The position numbers were made by a program, and so were the translations under genes. The notes under the pieces are model-generated. The model saw nothing but the letters and a program-made list of their open reading frames with translations, searched no databases and was not told the origin of the DNA. Source: Paraspadella gotoi (Eukaryota > Animalia > Chaetognatha). Taken from it: DNA of 50,316 bases. Position 1 is the first letter of the stretch; each line of letters starts with the position of its first letter. Below, piece after piece: positions 26,354 through 39,236 of this stretch. The stretch is from positions 16,489 to 66,804 of the forward strand of contig JBJCIZ010000378.1 in the NCBI GenBank assembly GCA_051294375.1. The letters are read 5' to 3'.

Positions 26354-28342
26354 AGGGACTTTAGAATTCCTCTATCTGAAGGATGATTTTAAATGTAAGA
26401 CACACAAGTTTATTTTTTATGCTGCTGTTTGTATTTTAATTAGCCTATGCACCGTCAATTTTTAATATAACTATCATTTGAAATTTAAAAATTATAAAGG
26501 TCACCTCTGTTACTCACCACTAAGATGTTCGCACGTCAAACCGCTTGATGCAAATCTGACTCAGCTGTGGAAGGCAGGTATTTCTGTTGCTTCCGAATTA
26601 TGCAAATCAGTTATTTGTAATATATAATAGCATTGTTAATATGAAAAGAAATAAATAATATAAAAATATATAAGTATGAGTAAGTATAAATATTTAAGTT
26701 TCCTTTCTTTTTCTCCAGATTTTGTTTTTGTCTGCATTACGAAGAACGATGGCGTCTCAAGCAAATTTTTTTATAGTTGAAAAATTATTTTGTTAATTTT
26801 ATGTATTGATTTATATGAAATAAAATATTGTTATTCCAAATTATTAGATATTAATAGATATTTACCCCTAATTTGACTATATGTCAGTATCCTTAGGAGA
26901 CAGTAAGTAATCTCATACCCAAAAGTGAGCAAGCTTAATCAGTTGTTTGTTTTTTTGAATTACGTTTCTTGCTTTTGCTATAATAATATTTGGTTCCATG
27001 CATTCTAAAAGCTTTAAAAAAATAAAAAGTTGTCATACTTTATTGTAGGGTTTCTCCAGTTGAAAATACAAAGTAAGCATATCAATTTATTTTCAGAGCA
27101 CTGATAAACAGGTTGCACATTTAAACATACAAGGTTTTAACGAGCTGTATTTAGTATATCACGGATTATTATTCTGATGGTTTTACTAATTTTCCATTTC
27201 ACTTTTTAAGCGGTTCTTTTCTAAACAATTCGACTGGTTTATGGCTTCATATTTACAGCTTTATATTTTTGACGATCCTGTGGATAAGACACTAAGCTGG
27301 CAGAAGACTGTTCGTATCTTCTTTGCACCCTCAGCAGCAATGGAACGAGTCCTAGGCTTCCAACCAGGCTTTAGGGTTATCCAGGCCCCAAAGGCGATTT
27401 AGGGCTGTCCTCACGCTTCCCGCCCAGTAGGTACCATTAGGGATTGATCCCAGTACCTAATAGTCATGTGCTGATGGTATTACTTAATCATCCACCGGGT
27501 CGCGACAGAAGGTGAACGTAATAGCAATGCCCCTCTACTGATAGTAAAAGAAAACAAAATTATGAATATCCATTAATTTATAAAAAAAATTATTTTGTGT
27601 TTATCTATCCTTATAATATCTTAAAATTTCAAGATGGGCTTTTTTTAATTTTGCTGGCAAATTTGAATTCTTCACCAAAAGTTGATATAAGAAAATATAA
27701 ATATATTTTAAAAATTCTTTCATTAATTGATTAAGTTGGTTAAAAATTTACAAAATTATATTTAATACATAAAAAGTTAATTTTCAGCTTAAAATTTTTT
27801 AAAGTTTTTTTGATTATTGACCAACTTAATAAAAGAATTTTTAAATAAGAATTATATTTCTTTTTAGCACTTTTTATGGCAAATCCAAATCTATAAAAAA
27901 AATTTGGAAAAAACATTTGAGATTTTAACATTTATAGGGTTAGTAGTAATACTATATATAAATATAATCTACTGGCTTATCTACTGGCCCCTTCTGGCGG
28001 CTCCTGAAGCAGCGGACTCAAACACACGCACAAAACTTCTCTTTAGCTGCTTCCATCGTCGTTCCATGCGTCATTCCTTTCGTCGTCGCTCTCACCGTCG
28101 TAACTGCTTCCTCGTCGTTTCTGTTGATCCCGATCCTGTCCGCTCAGTCATCCAGCTAGTCAGATTTCTTTTTCTTGTAAATGTAGCGTAGTTTATGACC
28201 AATGTGTAGTTTAATTATTAAAATTTTGTGTTAGTACTATTTCTAACTTAATCATTATCCCTATCCCCCGATCCAACATTATCCCTAACCGAAACCCTAA
28301 ATTAAACAATTAATTACCAACTGCCGGCTGCAGGTATTTTTT

Positions 28343-28755
28343 ATGAGTGATAGAAAATTTAAAAGCTTTGTGTTGCGGCGCGAAGTGGATGCGTTACGAC
28401 CGGTCGACGGGACTCGCCACGCTGATCATCCCCACAGAATCCCGGACGGCCTCCAAAACTGCCGTTTCGTGCTTGTCTGCCGCGACGCCCTTTGGCGCAG
28501 ATTTATGACGGCCCTTTCAAGATCGTCTCTCGTGGCGCCAAGTCTATTCATCTCGATTTCACAGGCCGCCTAGATGACGTCTCGGTCGACCGTCTCAAAC
28601 CTTTCGTCGACAAAGTAGACGGCGCCCCGACCGTCCCTGCGGCGCCTCCGAGACGCGGCCAGCCGCCTACTCGCCATCTACCCACCTGGTTTGAAGCGAG
28701 AGAGATTCGCTGCTACGTCATAAGGAAAGAGGGATTTGATAACCATGTTCGCTAA
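28343..28755 (+). pseudogene. Gypsy integrase C-terminal (GPY/F) fragment, CsRN1-like (second copy)
   Basis: ORFs 28343-28573 and 28492-28755 carry ...CRFVLVCRDA / YDGPFKIV...VSVDRLKPF. Confidence 0.85.
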
Positions 28756-29204
28756 AATTGGTTTGTTGAACTTAAAATTCCTGTCCTTGCAACACACATT
28801 TTGATTTATTAGTTGAATTTAAAAAGATTAGTTTTCCTCTTAATTGTTCTGCGAATTCATTTATCTTAATTCGTTTGTATTTAATATTATTCGGCTATTT
28901 GTTTTTTAAAAAAAATTCAATTAGGACCCGAACGAGCATTTTTCGCTTACCGGCTTCTCCGCTCGATCGTTCGCCGCTTAAATAAAAATAACTACGAAGC
29001 GAGCGCTAGTTCAAACGATTAGTGGAACCAAAAAAATTATTTTTCGATCGCGAATCTGTTTTGCGAAGAGGAATGCCTGCCATTTCTAAACGCGTTGGCC
29101 GATTGACTTGAAATTTTGCATGCGCAATATTGACATCATTTCCTATCGATCGATATAAAAATATATGAGAAAATGCCACGGACGGCGAAACTACATGCAT
29201 ATCT

Positions 29205-32200
29205 AATTGGAAAAAAACGTTTTCTGTTATTTCTAACGTTTTTATCTTTTGAGAGTGAGAGAAAGCTACGTATAATTAAAAGAGAAGAGAGAGAAGGAGA
29301 CATAAAAATAAAAGAGAGGAAATTTGTTTGATTCGATAAAACGTAAAAATAACATATTTAATAACTGTCCTCACCCAATTTTAACAACCTCGATGATCTT
29401 GTTTGCAGAAGTTTTTAACTTTTTTATTTCTTTTTTATTTGAAAATATCGTTTTCCGGTGTTTTCTACGTTTTATATCTTTTTACATTTGAAAAAGCGGT
29501 TTTTTTTGTTTTTAAAGTTTTCATCTCCTTTAACAATTAAGAAGTTGTTTTCTGGGGTTTTCAACGTTTTTATCCTTTTTTACAATAGAAAAGACTTTTT
29601 CGGTGTTTTTAACGTTTTTATCTCTTTTTATATTGAAAAAGTTGTTTGCCGAAGTTTTTAACGTTTTTATTTCTTTTTACATTGAAAATATCATTTGCCG
29701 GTGTTTTCTACGTTTTTATCTCTTTTCATATTGGAAAAGTCGTTTGGTGGTGTTTTAAACGTTTTTATCTCTTTTTACATATGAAATGTCGTCTGCCGGT
29801 GTATTTAACGTTTTTATTTCTTTTTACATTGGAAAAATCGTTTTCTGTTATTTTTAACGTTTTCATATCTTTTTACAAAGGAAAAGTCGTTTTCTGGTAT
29901 TTTTAACATTTTTATCTCTTGAGAGTGAGAGAAATCTACATATAATTAAAAGAGAAAAGAGAGAGAGAAGGAGACATAAAAATAAAAGAGAGGAAATTTG
30001 TTTGTTTTGATAAAACGTAAAAAAAACATATTTAATAACTGTCCTCACCCAATTTAAAAACCTTGATGATGTGAAGCTGTATGTCGTATTGAACCACGAA
30101 CTTTCAGGGTCGTTCTCACTTTCTTAGTGGCTATCGCCACTCCGGTTTTTAATAAATAGATATTCCATTCCCTTCTATAACTATTTTAGCCTTTACATTG
30201 AAAATATTGTTTGCCGGTGTTTTCTACGTGTTTATCTTTTTTTACATTAAAAAAATCGTTTTTCCTTGTTTTTAATGTTTCATCTCTTTTTACAAAGAAA
30301 AAATCGTTTTTCTATGTTTTTAACGTTTTCAGCTCTTTTTACATAGGAAAAAAAAAGGAGAAGTCGTTTTTCAGTGTTTTTAACGTTTTTAGCTTTTTTT
30401 ACATAGGAAAAGAAAAAGGAAAAGTCATTTTTTGGTGTTTTTAACGTTTTCATCTCTTTTTACAAAAGAAAAGTCGTTTGTTGATGTTTTTAACGTTTTT
30501 AGCTATTTTTACATAGGAATAGTCGTTTGACGGTTTTTTCAGCGGTTTTATTTCTGTTTTTATTGGAAAAGTCGTTTGCCAAAGTTTTTAAAGTTTTTAA
30601 TTCTTTTTACATTGGAAAAGTGCTTTTTCGGTGTTTTTAACGTTTTCATTTTTTTTACTAGGAAAAAGTCGTTTTCGGTGTTTTTAACGTTTTTATCTCA
30701 TTCTACAAAAGAAAAGTCGTTTTATGGTGTTTTTAACGTTGTTATCTCTTTATACAATCAAAAAGTTGTTTGCCGGTGTATTAACTATTTGTATATTGAA
30801 AAAGTTGTTTGCAGAAGTTTTTAACGTTTTTATTTCTTTTTTCTTTGAAAATTTCGTTTTCCGGTATTTTCTACGTTTTTATCTCTTTTTACATTGGAAA
30901 AAGCGTTTTTCTTCGTTCTTAAAGTTTTTATCTCTTTTTATATTGAAGAAGTTGTTTTCTGGTGTTTTCAACGTTTTTATCATTTTTTACAATGGAAAAG
31001 ACGTTTTTCGCTGTTTTTAACGTTTTTTAGCTCTTTTTACATAGGAATACCGTTTGCCGGTGTATTTAATGTTTTTATCTCTTTTTACATTAAAAAAGTT
31101 GTTTGTCGGTGTTTTTAACTTTTTATCTCTTTTTATATTGCAAAAAATGTTTGTCGAAGTTTTTAACGTTTTTATTTCTTTTTACATTGAAAATATCGTT
31201 TGCCGGTGTTTTCTACGTTTTTATCTCTTTTTACATCGGAAAAAGCGTTTTTCTTTGTTTTTAAAGTTTTTATCTCTTTGGAAAAGAAGTTTGCTAGTGT
31301 TTTTAACGTTTTTATCTCTTTTTATATGGTAAAGGTCGTCTGCCGGTGTATTTAACGTTTTCATCTCTTGAAAAAGTTGTTTGTCTCTTTTTACATTGGA
31401 AAAAGCGTTTTTCTTTGTTTCTAAAGTTTTTATCTCTTTTTATATTGGAAATGTCGTTTATCGGTGTTTTTAACGTTTTTATCTCTTGAGAGTTAGATAA
31501 AGCTACATATAATTAAAAGAGAAATGAGAGAGAGAAAGAGACATAAAAATAAAAGAGAAGAAATTTGTTTGTTTTGATAAAACGTAAAAAAAACATATTT
31601 AATATCTGTCCTCACCCAATTTTAACAACCTCGATGATGTGAAGCTGTATGTCGTAATGAACCACAAACTTTCAGGGTCGCTGTCACTTTCTTAGTGGCT
31701 ATCGCCACTGCGGTTTTTAATAAATAGATATTCCATTCCCTTTTATAATTATTGTAGCCTGTACATTGAAAATATTGTTTGCCGGTGTTTTCTACGTGTT
31801 TATCTTTTTTTATATTGAAAAAAACGTTTTTCTTTGTTTTTAAAGTTTTCATCTCTTTTTACAAAGGAATAGTCGTTTTTCGGTGTTTTTAACGTTTTTA
31901 GCTCTTTTTACATAGAAAAAGAAAACGGAGAAGTCGTTTTTCGGTGTTTTTAACGTTTTTAGCTCTTTTTACATAGGAAAAGGAAAAGGAAAAGTCATTT
32001 TTCGGTGTTTTTAACGTTTTATCTCTTTTTACAAAAGAAAAGTCGTTTTTTGATGTTTTTAACGTTTTTAGCTTTTTTTACATAGGAATAGTTGTTTGAC
32101 GGGTTTTTCAACGGTTTCATTTTTTTTTATTGGAAAAGTCCTTTGCCATAGTTTTTAACGTTTTTAACTTTTTTTACATTGGAAAAGTGCTTTTTAGGTT

Positions 32201-33608
32201 TTTTTAACGTTTTCATTTTTTTTACTAGGAAAAAGTCGTATTCCGGTGTTTTTAACGTTTTTATCTCATTCTACAAAAGAAAAGTCGTTTACTGGTATTT
32301 TTAACGTTTTTATCTCTTCATACAGTCAAAAAGTTGTTTGCCGGTGTTTTTAACGTTTTTATTTCTTTTTTCTTTGAAAATATCATTTTCCGTTGTTTTC
32401 TACGTTTTTATCTCTTTTTACACTGGAAAAAGCGTTTTTCTTTGTTTTTAAAGTTTTATCTTTTTTTACATTGAAGAAGTTGTTTTCTGATGTTTTCAAC
32501 GTTTTTATTCTTTTTTACAATGAAAAAGACGTTTTTCGGTGTTTTTAACGTTTTTATCTTTTTTGACATTGGAAAAGTCGTTTTCCGGTGTTTTTAACGT
32601 TTTTAGCTCTTTTTACATAGGAAAAGTCGTTTGCCGGTGTATTTAACGTTTTTATCTTTTTTTACATTGGAAAAGTTGTTTGTTGGTGTTTTTTATCTCT
32701 TTTTACATTGGGAAAATCGTTTGCCGGTTTTTTTAAAGTTTTTTTTCTTTTTATATTGGAAAAGAAGTTTGCTAGTGTTTTTAAAGTTTTTATTTTACAT
32801 TGAAAAAGTCCTTTGTCGATGTTTTTAACCTTTTTATCTCTTTTTATATATAAACATTTTCACTTATTTAATATGATATATTTTAAAAATTTTTTTGGAA
32901 AAATCATTAACGCCACATATTTAACTAGGAAATAATACGTTTTGGCGTACTTTTTACGCCACCAGCGCCAACAAACATGTAAAAAAAAAAGAAATCAAAT
33001 CGGAATCCAATACTACTATGTATTTTTAATCAAAAAAAAGCGTTTTCCAAAATTTTAGTTGAATATCCTTGATAGCAGTAAGGAGGCAGAAACGTTACTC
33101 CAAATTGACGTAAATCAGTTGGCGTAAATCAAATATTTAAAAGTCAAACTTGGAATTAACGATTAAAGTACACTTCGATTGGCTTAATATAAGGTTTAAA
33201 ACCAATGAAGAAAATCAGTATTTTTAAAAATTTTGTGCAATACCCTACCTTTGTCGATGTTTTTAACCTTTTATCTCTTTTTATATTGAAAAAGTTGTTT
33301 GCCGAAGTTTTTAACGTTTTTATTTCATTTTACATTGAAAATATCGTTTGCCGGTGTTTTCTATGTTTTTATCTCTTTTTACATTGGAAAAAGCATTTTT
33401 CTTTGTTTCTAAAGTTTTTATCTCTTTTTATATTGGAAAAGTCGTTTGTCGGTGTTTTTAATGCATTTATTTCTTTTTACATTGAAAAAATCGTTTTCTG
33501 TTATTTTTAACGTTTTCATATCTTTTTACAAAGGAAAAGTCGTTTTCTGCTGTTTTTAACGTTTTTATCTCTTGAGAGTGAGAGAAAGCTACTTATAATT
33601 AAAAGAGT
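29205..33608 (-). repeat. ~50-bp satellite, T-rich orientation, with ~1.56-kb higher-order duplication
   Basis: Monomer TACATTGGAAAAGTCGTTTGCCGGTGTTTTTAACGTTTTTATCTCTTTT; a unique ~130-bp spacer recurs at ~30060 and ~31625. Confidence 0.95.
32850..33247 (-). mobile_element. ~400-bp insertion in satellite, one end hAT-like
   Basis: Non-satellite block whose minus strand starts TAGGGTATTGCAC, with repeated TGGCGT/ACGCCA motifs; flanked by a 39-40-bp direct duplication. Confidence 0.5.
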
Positions 33609-36062
33609 TTTGGTTGTAAAAAGAGATAAAAACGTTAAAAACGCCAGAAAACGACTTTTCTTTTGTAGAATGAGATAAAAACACTGGCAAACAACTTTTT
33701 CAATGTATAAAAAGATAAACACGTTAAAAACACCGGCGTACGACTTTTTCTATCTAAAAAGAGATAAAAAAGTTAAAAACACCGACAATCGGCTTTTTTA
33801 ATTTAAAAAAGTTAAAAACACAGACAAACGACTTTTCCTTTGTAAAAAAAAAAAAAGTTAAAAACACCGGCAGACGACTTTTCCAATGTAAAAAAAGTTA
33901 AACACGTTGAAAACACCGGCCAACGACTTTTTTAATAAAAAAAGAAATAAAAACGCTAAAAACTTTGGCAAACTACTTTTACAATGTAACAAAAGATAAA
34001 AACTTTTAAAAAACCAGCAAACGACTATTCCTATATAAAAAAGCTAAAAACGTTAAAAACACCGGAAAACGATTTTTCCTTTGTAAAAATATATAAAAAC
34101 GTTAAAAATAACAGAAAACGATTTTTTAATGTAAAAAGGAATAAAAACGTTAAAAAAATCGGAAAACGACTTTTCCAATATAAAATAAGATAAAAACGTT
34201 GAAAACATCGGCAAACGACTTTTTCATTATAAAAAGAAATAAAAACGCTAAAAACTATAGCAAACAGCTTTTTCTATATAAAAAAGGATGAAAAGGTTAA
34301 AAACACTGGAAAACGATTTTTCCTATGTAAAAAGAGATAAAAGCGTTAAAAACACCGATAAACGACTTTTCCAATGTAAAAAGAAATAAAAACGTAGAAA
34401 ATACCGGCAAATGATATTTTCAATGTAAAAAAAATAAAAACGTTAAAAACTTCGGCAAACAACTTTTTCAATAAAAAAAAAGATAAAATGGTTAAAAACA
34501 ACGGCAAACTACTTTTTGCTTGTATAAAGAGATAAAAACGTTAAAAACACCAGAAAACGACTTTTCTTTTGTAGAATGAGATAATAACGTTAAAAACACT
34601 GGAAAACGACTTTTCCTTAATAAAAAAAATGTAAACGTTAAAAACACTGGAAAACGACTTTTCTAATGCAAAAAGAGATAAAAACGTTAAAAACACAGAA
34701 AAAGCACTTTTCCAATGTAAAATGAAATAAAAACGTTAAAAACTTTGGCAAACGACTTTTCCAATAAAGAAAGAAATAAAACCGTTGAAAACCCCGTCAA
34801 ACGACTATTCCTATGAAAAAATTCCAAAAATGTTAAAAACACCGGAAAACGACTTTTCCTTTGTAAAAAGATATGAAAACGTTAAAAATAACAGAAAACG
34901 ATTTTTCCAATGTAAAAACTAAAAAGAGATAAAAACGTTAAGGCCAGGGATCACTCAACCTAAAATTGTAGAAATCTCAATTTAATGTATATTAATCATT
35001 TTTTCGCGTCCCGTAAGAGGTTTTCTATTAAAAATAATCGAAAACTTTTAAAAATCTACCTAAAATGTTCATAAAAATTTAAGCAAAATTTTTTCTTCGG
35101 TAAAACTAGATTTTTAAGAGAAAATATTTTTTTAAATGTAAGGTAAATTTTTACAACCAAATTTTTAACTTAAAACTGATTCTTTACAGTAAGCTCAATT
35201 TCTACTTCTTATATTTAATTCTTCTTTTGGGGCAAGTACGTACTTGGAGTTGTATCACTAATAAGTCTAATAAACTACTCTACACATTTTCCAGACGGGT
35301 TTTTATGCTTTTATGAGTTAAAAAACTTATCCAATTTATTTCAATTTGACTTTTTACTTTATGTAAATGTTTATATCATAAAATAGTTGCCCTATTTTCT
35401 AGGGAATCTCTGAAAAAAAAATCAAACCTGGATTAAGAAAATTAAAAACAGTAAGCCGTTTTTTTAAGACATTGGCGTTGAAAAAAACTCCATCATCACA
35501 TCCCGTGTTTGTGTATGTTGTGGTGAATCTTGCAAGAGTAATGAGTACAGAATTTAACTTTCTTGACGAAGAGAAGTTAAAAACGAAGAGTTGCAGCTCA
35601 AACCGTTGGACTCTTCTTGAAGAAAAAAATATCTTGGCAAGAAAGGAAAGGTGGGAAGATTCTATGAGCGCGTTTTTGAAAAAACTTTTTTCGTTTCAAA
35701 GATATCAAGGAATTAATCCCAAAAATTGACTAAAATAATAAAATTTTCTATGAAGGAAGGCAAATTTTGAAAGTATCTTTTCATAGAATTGGAGTCCGTG
35801 ACCTAAAGATAATTCATTCCAAATTTCATGAGAAACCGCCTTACCGTTTGGGCTGCAACTCTTCAAATAGGTTTCTTTTATTTTATATAGTAAAAAAAAA
35901 TCGAAAAAACGATAACGCCTTTGAAAAAATAGTAAAGTGAATACATTTTCGGAATCATCAGGAGCTCTCCTTTCGAAATCCGAGCTTGGTTTTAGCCTAA
36001 TTATAATTTAAATTGAGTGATCCCGGACCTTAAAAACACAGGAAAACGACTTTTCCAATGTA
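33609..36062 (+). repeat. ~50-bp satellite, A-rich orientation (interrupted at 34942-36029)
   Basis: Same monomer in the opposite orientation; resumes for ~30 bp after the insertion. Confidence 0.9.
34942..36029. mobile_element. Non-autonomous Kolobok-like DNA transposon (1088 bp)
   Basis: TTAA at 34938-34941 and 36030-36033; TIRs GGCCAGGGATCACTCAA / GGTCCGGGATCACTCAA (reverse complement). Removing it restores the satellite unit AAAAACGTTAAAAACAC. Confidence 0.85.
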
Positions 36063-37376
36063 AATATTAGAATTAATTTTTCTTTTTGATATAATAAGAG
36101 AACCAAACTTCCGTCACTTGATGTCGTCAGGTTACTTGTAAATATGCGTTTGTGGATTCCAAATATGTTTTTAAAATTGACCTACGTAGACGCGCATAGA
36201 CGCGATATGCCTTAAAAGCAAGTTGTTTGGTTTGGTTCCACTTAAATTTTTAGCTTCGACCGTGTCAATTGGTAATAAAAAAAATGATTTTCTTTGATAT
36301 CTTTTGAACTAAAAATGATAGAACGATGAGACTGGTATCATATTAAAGCCATAATTATGGGGCATCTTTTCCATATAATTTTTAAAAAATATTTCAAAGG
36401 ATATTTTTGAAATCTTGATTGGAATCTTAGTCACTTGGCCACCTTTAAAAAAAAAAAATATAGATTCTGAAAGAGAAAAGATTAAATTATGTTTCTGATA
36501 TAAACAGAAATTTTCTATACCTCAAATGTTTATATAATTACTAAGGATAATGATTATCATTTTGTTGAAAACAAAAAAATTTAAAAAATTCATGTAGGAA
36601 CCTTAAAAAACATATGATTTAAATATGATAATTTAGGAGTTCAAACTTTGTTCCCCCTGATTTAAAAACTACTGACATAGGGCTAAAAGACTGTATTATC
36701 AGATTTTTAAATTTTAAGATTTAGTTCTGTCTCTGAGGCCTGGCAGAAAAAAATTATCAAAATTTTGTTTTATGTCATAATGCTATCATAAAATAATTTT
36801 AATGCATCATGTGAGGTATCATATGAAAGCTAACGATGTCTGCTACATGACAGAACGTCGAAAAAAATTATATTAATAAAAATAAAAAATCACCAGACTA
36901 CCCTACTAATGGTTTTTAATATGTGCCTTACACTTTAATCTGCTGAATAAAATCAAAATAAATAAAATCAGTCATATATGTAGACTCTTAGACCGACTTA
37001 TACATATTGGTATAAACCGCCCCCGACCAGGATTCGATCCTGTAATCTAAGTTCCTAGTAGCCTGGATTTACAGCTTGGTGCGAACCCGGCAACTGGAAT
37101 TTCGAATTCAAAAATTCCTATTTAAAGCTTTAATAGAAATCGATACCTTTTGTTTTTCCCAGATTTAAACTCCTTATCTTAAATTAAAAATGACATTTTT
37201 TAAAGATTTTTGGTAGTATCTCAATAAATATTTATCGTAAATAGTTGGCAATAGGCTCAAAATTAAGGTCACATCCTATAGTTTATGTATATATATATAT
37301 ATATCACATCATTATGGTAAATTATTTAAGGAAAGAGTTTAAATTGTGATTCAGCAACGAATTTATTTAATAATAA

Positions 37377-37417
37377 ACGGACATGTTTCGGTTCGGTTTA
37401 CGAACCTTCATCAGCGC
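37377..37417 (-). ncRNA. Minimal type I hammerhead ribozyme
   Basis: Minus strand: GCG CTGATGA A GGTTCG TAAAC CGAACC GAAA CATG TC^ CGT; core boxes, 6-bp stem II, palindromic CATG stem III. Confidence 0.9.
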
Positions 37418-37423
37418 AGTTAA

Positions 37424-38481
37424 GAAAAAGGGTCATTCAATTCAACTTCAAAATGGGCAAAAATGGAGTACAGATTCAGAAAGCTAAGCTCCTGGCGATT
37501 CCGAAAATGTATTCACTTTAAACATTTGATGCATTCTACCCCATTTTATATCGGTTTTAATTATAATATAAAATAAAAGAAACCTATATGGTGGACTAAA
37601 ATCCACCAACCGTTCATCAGCGGCCATTTGTGCCGGAAGCAAGTCTTTCGCCTCCCAACCCAAAGGTCCGGGGTTCTAGCCCGGTGGTCGTCTGGCAGTT
37701 AAGAGGGACGGGGCGCTTAACCCACCTGTAACATGGTGTTTCAGCCTGATCCGAAGCTCAGGGACTGCTTTTATTGAACGGTTCTGTCACTAACACACAA
37801 CAAGCATTCCTGTCTCTTCACCTATCTGAAGAGTTGCAGGTCAAACCAAAATGCCAATCCATCTGATATTTTTTATGAATTTTTTATTACTGAATTAGAA
37901 AAATGTAATAGAGAGACATTTTTAAATTTCAACTTGTATCCTTGAAAATGAAACGTTTTTAAACTTTAACCCTGAATTCTTTCTAACTGGAACGCGTTTA
38001 TCAAAATGTCTCTCTATTACATTTTTACAAATGTTTTTAAGATTGCTAATCAAATTTTTAATTCAATATTATTGCAGTCGTTTAGGCTGCAACTCTTCAA
38101 ATTCAGTGTAGATTCATTGTAGCTCGAATTTCTTTACCATCTGTTTAACTGAAGATATGGTTCATGACTGGAAAAACCAACAGAATAACGAGATTAATTG
38201 TTTAATTCTCCCCTTCTAAACTCACCCATACCGTGTTTTTAACTTCTTACCTAGAATTTTTTAAAACCAGATTGAAAAACAAATCTTTAAAAAAGTGCTT
38301 ACCCATTTAACTTAAACAATTTTGTTATTTACCCATTTAAAAAAAATGATTAAAAACAGATTGTTTACATATAAATAAAAACTTATTTTTTTGTGATTAC
38401 TGATGATTATAATGAATTTCTCGATATATTAGCTCTAATACATCAATGATTATGTATTGTTATGCTGAATGACCTTTCCTC
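37424..38481. mobile_element. Non-autonomous Kolobok-like DNA transposon (1058 bp) nested in the pLTR
   Basis: TTAA at 37420-37423 and 38482-38485; TIRs GAAAAAGGGTCATTCA / GAGGAAAGGTCATTCA; the empty site CTGTCT-TTAA-CTGCGC is visible at 39732-39747. Confidence 0.9.
37620..37810 (+). mobile_element. tRNA-derived SINE nested in the Kolobok-like element
   Basis: GC-rich island with tRNA-like TCGCCTCCCAACCCAAAGGTCCGGGGTTCTAGCCCGG (B box GGTTCTAGCCC, T-arm hairpin) and a CA-rich tail. Confidence 0.6.
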
Positions 38482-39236
38482 TTAAAGACAGTTGTGAAAT
38501 ATTTAATTTTTTGGTGCATAAAGAAGGGAGAGAGAGAGAGAGGGAGAGAGAGAGAGAGGGCAAAGTTTTCCAACACAGAGTTGAGAAAGAAGAGTGGTGA
38601 AATGTGTGAGGACTGGTTAAGTTAGGGACTGAGATGTTGAATTTTTGTGAAGGTAAAGTGAAATGGTGAAAGAGAGAGAGAGAGAGAGAGAGAGAAAGAT
38701 AATACATTATACAATGTAAAAATAGTAAAAATAGTGTAGGCTAAAGTAATAACAATTAACTGCTAATAAATTAGGTTAAATTAGTGAGTTTGAAATAGTT
38801 TTGGTTTAAGGAAAAAAAGAGAAAATGAAATTTTGAAAGATTAGTTTCTGATGGATAAGTTTTAGTAAAGTTAAAGTATAAGAATTAAGATAGAGTTCAA
38901 AATGAGCTGGCCCCCTTTGTTTTTTGCAAATGAAGGGTCATAGCAAAGATGTCGGGTCATTGGCGTGTCAGTGGCTGAGATGACAGTGTTGTCGAGCTTA
39001 TGTGTGCGGGACTTGGAAGGATTCCTTGCGGGAAGATTCCTAAGGCTACTCGAATGTTTCTCTGGCCTGGTACGCCTGCCGACTGCCCTCTTCTCGCCTG
39101 CTTGCGAGGCGGGCGACTGTCCGTTCTCGCTGATTTTGCAGCGGGAGGCGCAGACTCCTCTCCCTCCTCCTGTAGCCGTTGTTTTGTTCGGCGCTCATTT
39201 CACAGAGAGAGGGAATGAGGGATAGGCATCGTTTGC

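Noticed and set aside
30064-30085. DDVKLY as a LINE reverse-transcriptase motif
   Set aside because: Only six residues, no flanking RT similarity, and a stop soon after.
13353-34937. CRISPR-like repeat-spacer array
   Set aside because: Units are contiguous degenerate monomers without unique spacers; no cas genes; eukaryotic context.
36200-36940. Further TTAA-ended transposon(s)
   Set aside because: Plausible right ends (GGCCACCTTTAA, TACACTTTAA) but no matching left TIR could be paired.
37640-37690. Functional tRNA gene
   Set aside because: Only anticodon/T-arm-like portions are present; no acceptor stem or proper D arm.
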